Of a stretch of DNA of 10,507 nt, positions 7,981-10,507 are shown piece by piece. How positions within the stretch are numbered: the stretch's first letter is position 1; every line of letters starts with the position of its first letter. The notes under the pieces were generated by a model. It did no database searches, was not told the DNA's origin, and saw only the letters and a list, made by a program, of their open reading frames with translations. A program made the position numbers and the translations under genes. Source of the DNA: an uncultured bacterium (GTDB taxonomy: Bacteria; Lernaellota; Lernaellaia; Lernaellales; Lernaellaceae); NCBI GenBank assembly GCA_964534375.1, contig CAZHPN010000200.1, positions 1-10,507 on the forward strand, in the 5' to 3' direction.

Positions 7981-8031
7981 ATGGAATGGCGTCCGTCACC
8001 AAAACCGCGTCCAACGCCGCCCGCGCGCTAG
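7981..8031 (+). CDS. Candidate 16-aa Pro-rich leader peptide MEWRPSPKPRPTPPAR
   Basis: GAGGAG lies 7 nt before ATG 7981, downstream of the predicted promoter. The ORF ends at TAG 8029-8031, in frame with the methyltransferase. There is no homology evidence, and an alternative ATG at 7986 opens a 45-aa ORF. Confidence 0.35.
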   Translation: MEWRPSPKPRPTPPAR

Positions 8032-8088
8032 CCGCACGACGACGCGCTCGCCTTACAATCGGCCGCGTGGCGCGTCGCCGGGGGGTCG

Positions 8089-9018
8089 GTGGCCGTAATC
8101 TATCCACTCGCGATGACCGTTGACGAACGAAGCCCGTCGCCGGAAGGTCTGACCGCTTTTTTTTATGCCGGGGCGTCAACGCGCGCCGAATTACTAAAGG
8201 CGCATCCGGATTTTCACAATCTGCTCGGTTGGGAAAAGGCGTGGGACGAGCGCGCCGCCGAAGCTGATTTCCTTTCGCCCGCGTCGCCGTATTTTCATTT
8301 GAAAGCGTTGTCCACCGCCGCCTACCTGCGCTGGCTGACGCCGCATCTGGCGGCGCTGCCGCCGGAGGCCGCGGCGCTCGACGCCGGTTGCGGCGTCGGT
8401 CGGTTTGCGCGGATTCTCGCGGACCGGTGCGCGCGCGTCGTCGCCTTCGACCCGAGCCGCGGGGCGCTCGCCGTTTGCGCGCGGCGCCTGGCGGCGGAAA
8501 AATGCAGCAACGTCGAATTGCACCTCGCGGATCTGACGTGGCTCGACGAACTGCCGCCGGCGAGTTTCGACGCGGCGTTCGCGATCGAAACGCTCAGCTA
8601 CGTGGCGGAACCAGATGCGGCGTTGCGCCGCATCGTCCGGGTCGTCAAGCCCGGCGGGTTGATCGCGATTTCGGTCGAGGGCGGCCCCGGCGGTTTGGCC
8701 GTCGGCGGCGCGAACGATCCGCGGGAATTGCTGGCCGCCTGTCGCGGCGAACCGCTCGTGCGGCCCGGCGAGCGCTGGGTCAGGTATTTCGATCGACCGC
8801 GTTTGGCCGCCTTGCTGGCCGGCGGCGGGTTGGCCGGCGCGGAGATCGTCGGTTCGCACTATTTCGGCGAGGGCCCGTTCTGGCAGGCCATCGACGACGC
8901 GCGGCTGGCCGATCCGGCCTATGTCGACGCGGTCCTCGCCGCCGAAGACGCCTGCCGCGCCGATCCCGTCATCGCCCCGTGGGCGCGGGTCTTCGCTGCC
9001 GCGGGCCGGAGGCCGTAA
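8089..9018 (+). CDS. Class I SAM-dependent methyltransferase
   Basis: Motif I ALDAGCGVG, post-I VVAFDPS, LHLADL, motif II SFDAAFA and motif III RVVKPGG. Start is uncertain (GTG 8089 or ATG 8113). Confidence 0.88.
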   Translation: MAVIYPLAMTVDERSPSPEGLTAFFYAGASTRAELLKAHPDFHNLLGWEKAWDERAAEADFLSPASPYFHLKALSTAAYLRWLTPHLAALPPEAAALDAGCGVGRFARILADRCARVVAFDPSRGALAVCARRLAAEKCSNVELHLADLTWLDELPPASFDAAFAIETLSYVAEPDAALRRIVRVVKPGGLIAISVEGGPGGLAVGGANDPRELLAACRGEPLVRPGERWVRYFDRPRLAALLAGGGLAGAEIVGSHYFGEGPFWQAIDDARLADPAYVDAVLAAEDACRADPVIAPWARVFAAAGRRP

Positions 9019-9020
9019 GC

Positions 9021-10454
9021 ATGGCCCGCGTGTTGGTGATCAATCCGGGCATGGACATCGCCGCCGGTTTCGGCGACTACGCCGGCTTGATGGAGCCGAT
9101 GCCGCCGATCGGCGTGGCCTATCTCGCCGCCGCATGCCGCCGCGCCGGCCATGACACGCTTCTTTTGGACAACTTTGTCGCCGGCCGCTCGCCGCGCGAC
9201 GTGGCCGGGTTGGCGCGCGAATGGGGCGCCGACGTCGTCGGCTTGAGCATGTTGACGCCGACCGCGCGCGCCACTGCCGCGCTGGCGCAGACGATTCGCG
9301 ATCAGGCGCCGCACGCGCGCATCGTGCTGGGCAACCTGCACGCCTCGCTGTTCGCCGAGCAGTTGCTGGCGGAGGATTGCTGCGACGCGGTCGTGCACGG
9401 CGAAGGCGAAACGGTGTTTCCGCAGTTGGTCGCGGCGCTGGCCGCCGGACTTGCGCCGGACGGCCTGCCGGGCGTCAGCTATCGGCGGAACGGCGGCGCG
9501 ACGACGAACCCGCCGGCGCCGCATCTCGAGGACCTTGACACGCTGCCCTGGCCGGCGTGGGAGCTGCTGCCGTGGCGACGGTACACCTTTCTGCCGTTTG
9601 TCACCGTCGCACGGCCCTGTCTGGCGTTGCTGGGCACGCGCGGCTGCCCCTACCGCTGCAAGTTCTGCGCCCTCGGTTACCAGGGCAAAAAGCACCGCGC
9701 CCGCCGCCCGGCGGAAATCGCGGCCGAAGCCGATTGGCTGTCGCGCGCGTTCGGCGTGCGGCACATCGGGTTTGTCGATCCGATCTTTCCGTATCACAAG
9801 GCGCACGGTTTGGCCGTCTGCGAGGCCTTTGTCGCGCGCGGCGTGCCGGACCGCGCGGCCTGGACGAGCGAAACGCGGGTGGACATGGTCGACGACGAAC
9901 TGTGTCGGGCGATGAAACGCGCGGGCTGCCGCCGGATTTTGTTCGGCGTCGAGTCGGGCGACAACGGCGTGCTGCGCGGCGTGGGCAAGAATTTCACGGT
10001 CGCCACCGTGCGCGAGGCGGTCGCGACGGCCCGGCGCGCGGGCCTGGAGATCACGGCGTTCTTCATGCTCGGCCTGCCGGGCGAGACCGCGCAAATCACG
10101 CGGCGCACGATCGAGTTCGCGCGCGAACTGGACATCGACTTCGCCAAATTCGGGCTGACGGTCCCGCTGCCGGGTTCGGCGCTTTACGACGAGTTGGAGC
10201 GCGACGGCAAAATTCCGCCGGACGCGTGGGAGCGTTTCTTCACGTTCCAGGTCGATCCGACGCAATTGCCGTACGTGCCCGCAGGGCTGACCGCGGCCGC
10301 GCTGCTCCGCTTGCACCGCCGGGCGACGTGGCGATTTTACATGCGGCCGAAGATGGTGTTCCGCCATCTCTTCCGGATTCGCTCCATCGGACTGCCCATG
10401 CTGGTCCGCGGCGCACGAATTCTATTCGGCCAGCGCCTGCGGGGAAAATTCTAG
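9021..10454 (+). CDS. B12-binding domain radical SAM protein (class B, BchE/HpnP-like superfamily), 477 aa
   Basis: The likely start MARVLVINP at ATG 9021 has GGAGG (9008-9012) upstream and lies 2 nt after the methyltransferase stop. Cobalamin-binding domain PPIGVAYLAA...DVVGLS...IVLGNLHAS...VVHGEGE; TRGCPYRCKFC (CxxxCxxC, 9645-9668); FGVESG; FMLGLPGET; PLPGS. Confidence 0.93.
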   Translation: MARVLVINPGMDIAAGFGDYAGLMEPMPPIGVAYLAAACRRAGHDTLLLDNFVAGRSPRDVAGLAREWGADVVGLSMLTPTARATAALAQTIRDQAPHARIVLGNLHASLFAEQLLAEDCCDAVVHGEGETVFPQLVAALAAGLAPDGLPGVSYRRNGGATTNPPAPHLEDLDTLPWPAWELLPWRRYTFLPFVTVARPCLALLGTRGCPYRCKFCALGYQGKKHRARRPAEIAAEADWLSRAFGVRHIGFVDPIFPYHKAHGLAVCEAFVARGVPDRAAWTSETRVDMVDDELCRAMKRAGCRRILFGVESGDNGVLRGVGKNFTVATVREAVATARRAGLEITAFFMLGLPGETAQITRRTIEFARELDIDFAKFGLTVPLPGSALYDELERDGKIPPDAWERFFTFQVDPTQLPYVPAGLTAAALLRLHRRATWRFYMRPKMVFRHLFRIRSIGLPMLVRGARILFGQRLRGKF

Positions 10455-10507
10455 ATGCGCGTCCTGTTCGTCCGCCCGCCGAAATACCTCTGGCCGTACA
10501 TGAACGA
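10455..10507 (+). CDS. N-terminus of the next gene, probably a second B12-binding radical SAM protein (3'-truncated)
   Basis: ATG 10455 follows the TAG directly, with GGGGA at 10441-10445. It reads MRVLFVRPPKYLWPYMN, resembling the M-R/K-V-L-x-I/V-x-P start of this family and of the preceding gene. Only 17 full codons are visible. Confidence 0.55.
   Translation, partial: MRVLFVRPPKYLWPYMN

Noticed and set aside
7981..8051. Resemblance to a fluoride (crcB) riboswitch (ATGGCGT...AACCGC...GACGACGC)
   Set aside because: P1 stem and the conserved GCURAUGAC..CUAC 3' segment do not fit, and the downstream genes are not fluoride-related. An Infernal/Rfam scan would settle it.
7940..8112. Cobalamin or SAM riboswitch upstream of the B12/SAM enzyme operon
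   Set aside because: No B12-box or SAM-I/II core consensus recognisable by eye.

Overview
GC-rich bacterial chromosomal window with no mobile element or CRISPR array visible. Left to right: (1) the 3' part of a collagen-like fibre/adhesin gene (Gly-X-Y repeats including an exact 45-bp tandem repeat, GNVGIG-type beta-repeats and a C-terminal Peptidase S74 intramolecular chaperone); (2) two overlapping polytopic GT-C-type glycosyltransferase genes, a YfhO/PTPS-related protein with an extra C-terminal NPCBM/NEW2 module and an ArnT/PMT-like protein; (3) convergent on the minus strand, a DPM1/Ppm1-like GT2 gene and satP; (4) tRNA-Phe(GAA) with a clear sigma70 promoter and terminator; (5) a divergent plus-strand unit with a promoter, a strong RBS in front of unannotated small ORFs, a class I SAM methyltransferase, a B12-binding radical SAM enzyme and the start of a probable second one. 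The best leads are a putative lipid-linked glycosylation system beside a Ser/Thr-rich collagen fibre, and the small-ORF/in-frame-amber leader of the methyltransferase-radical SAM operon. All family calls come from motif recognition by eye; no database searches were run.
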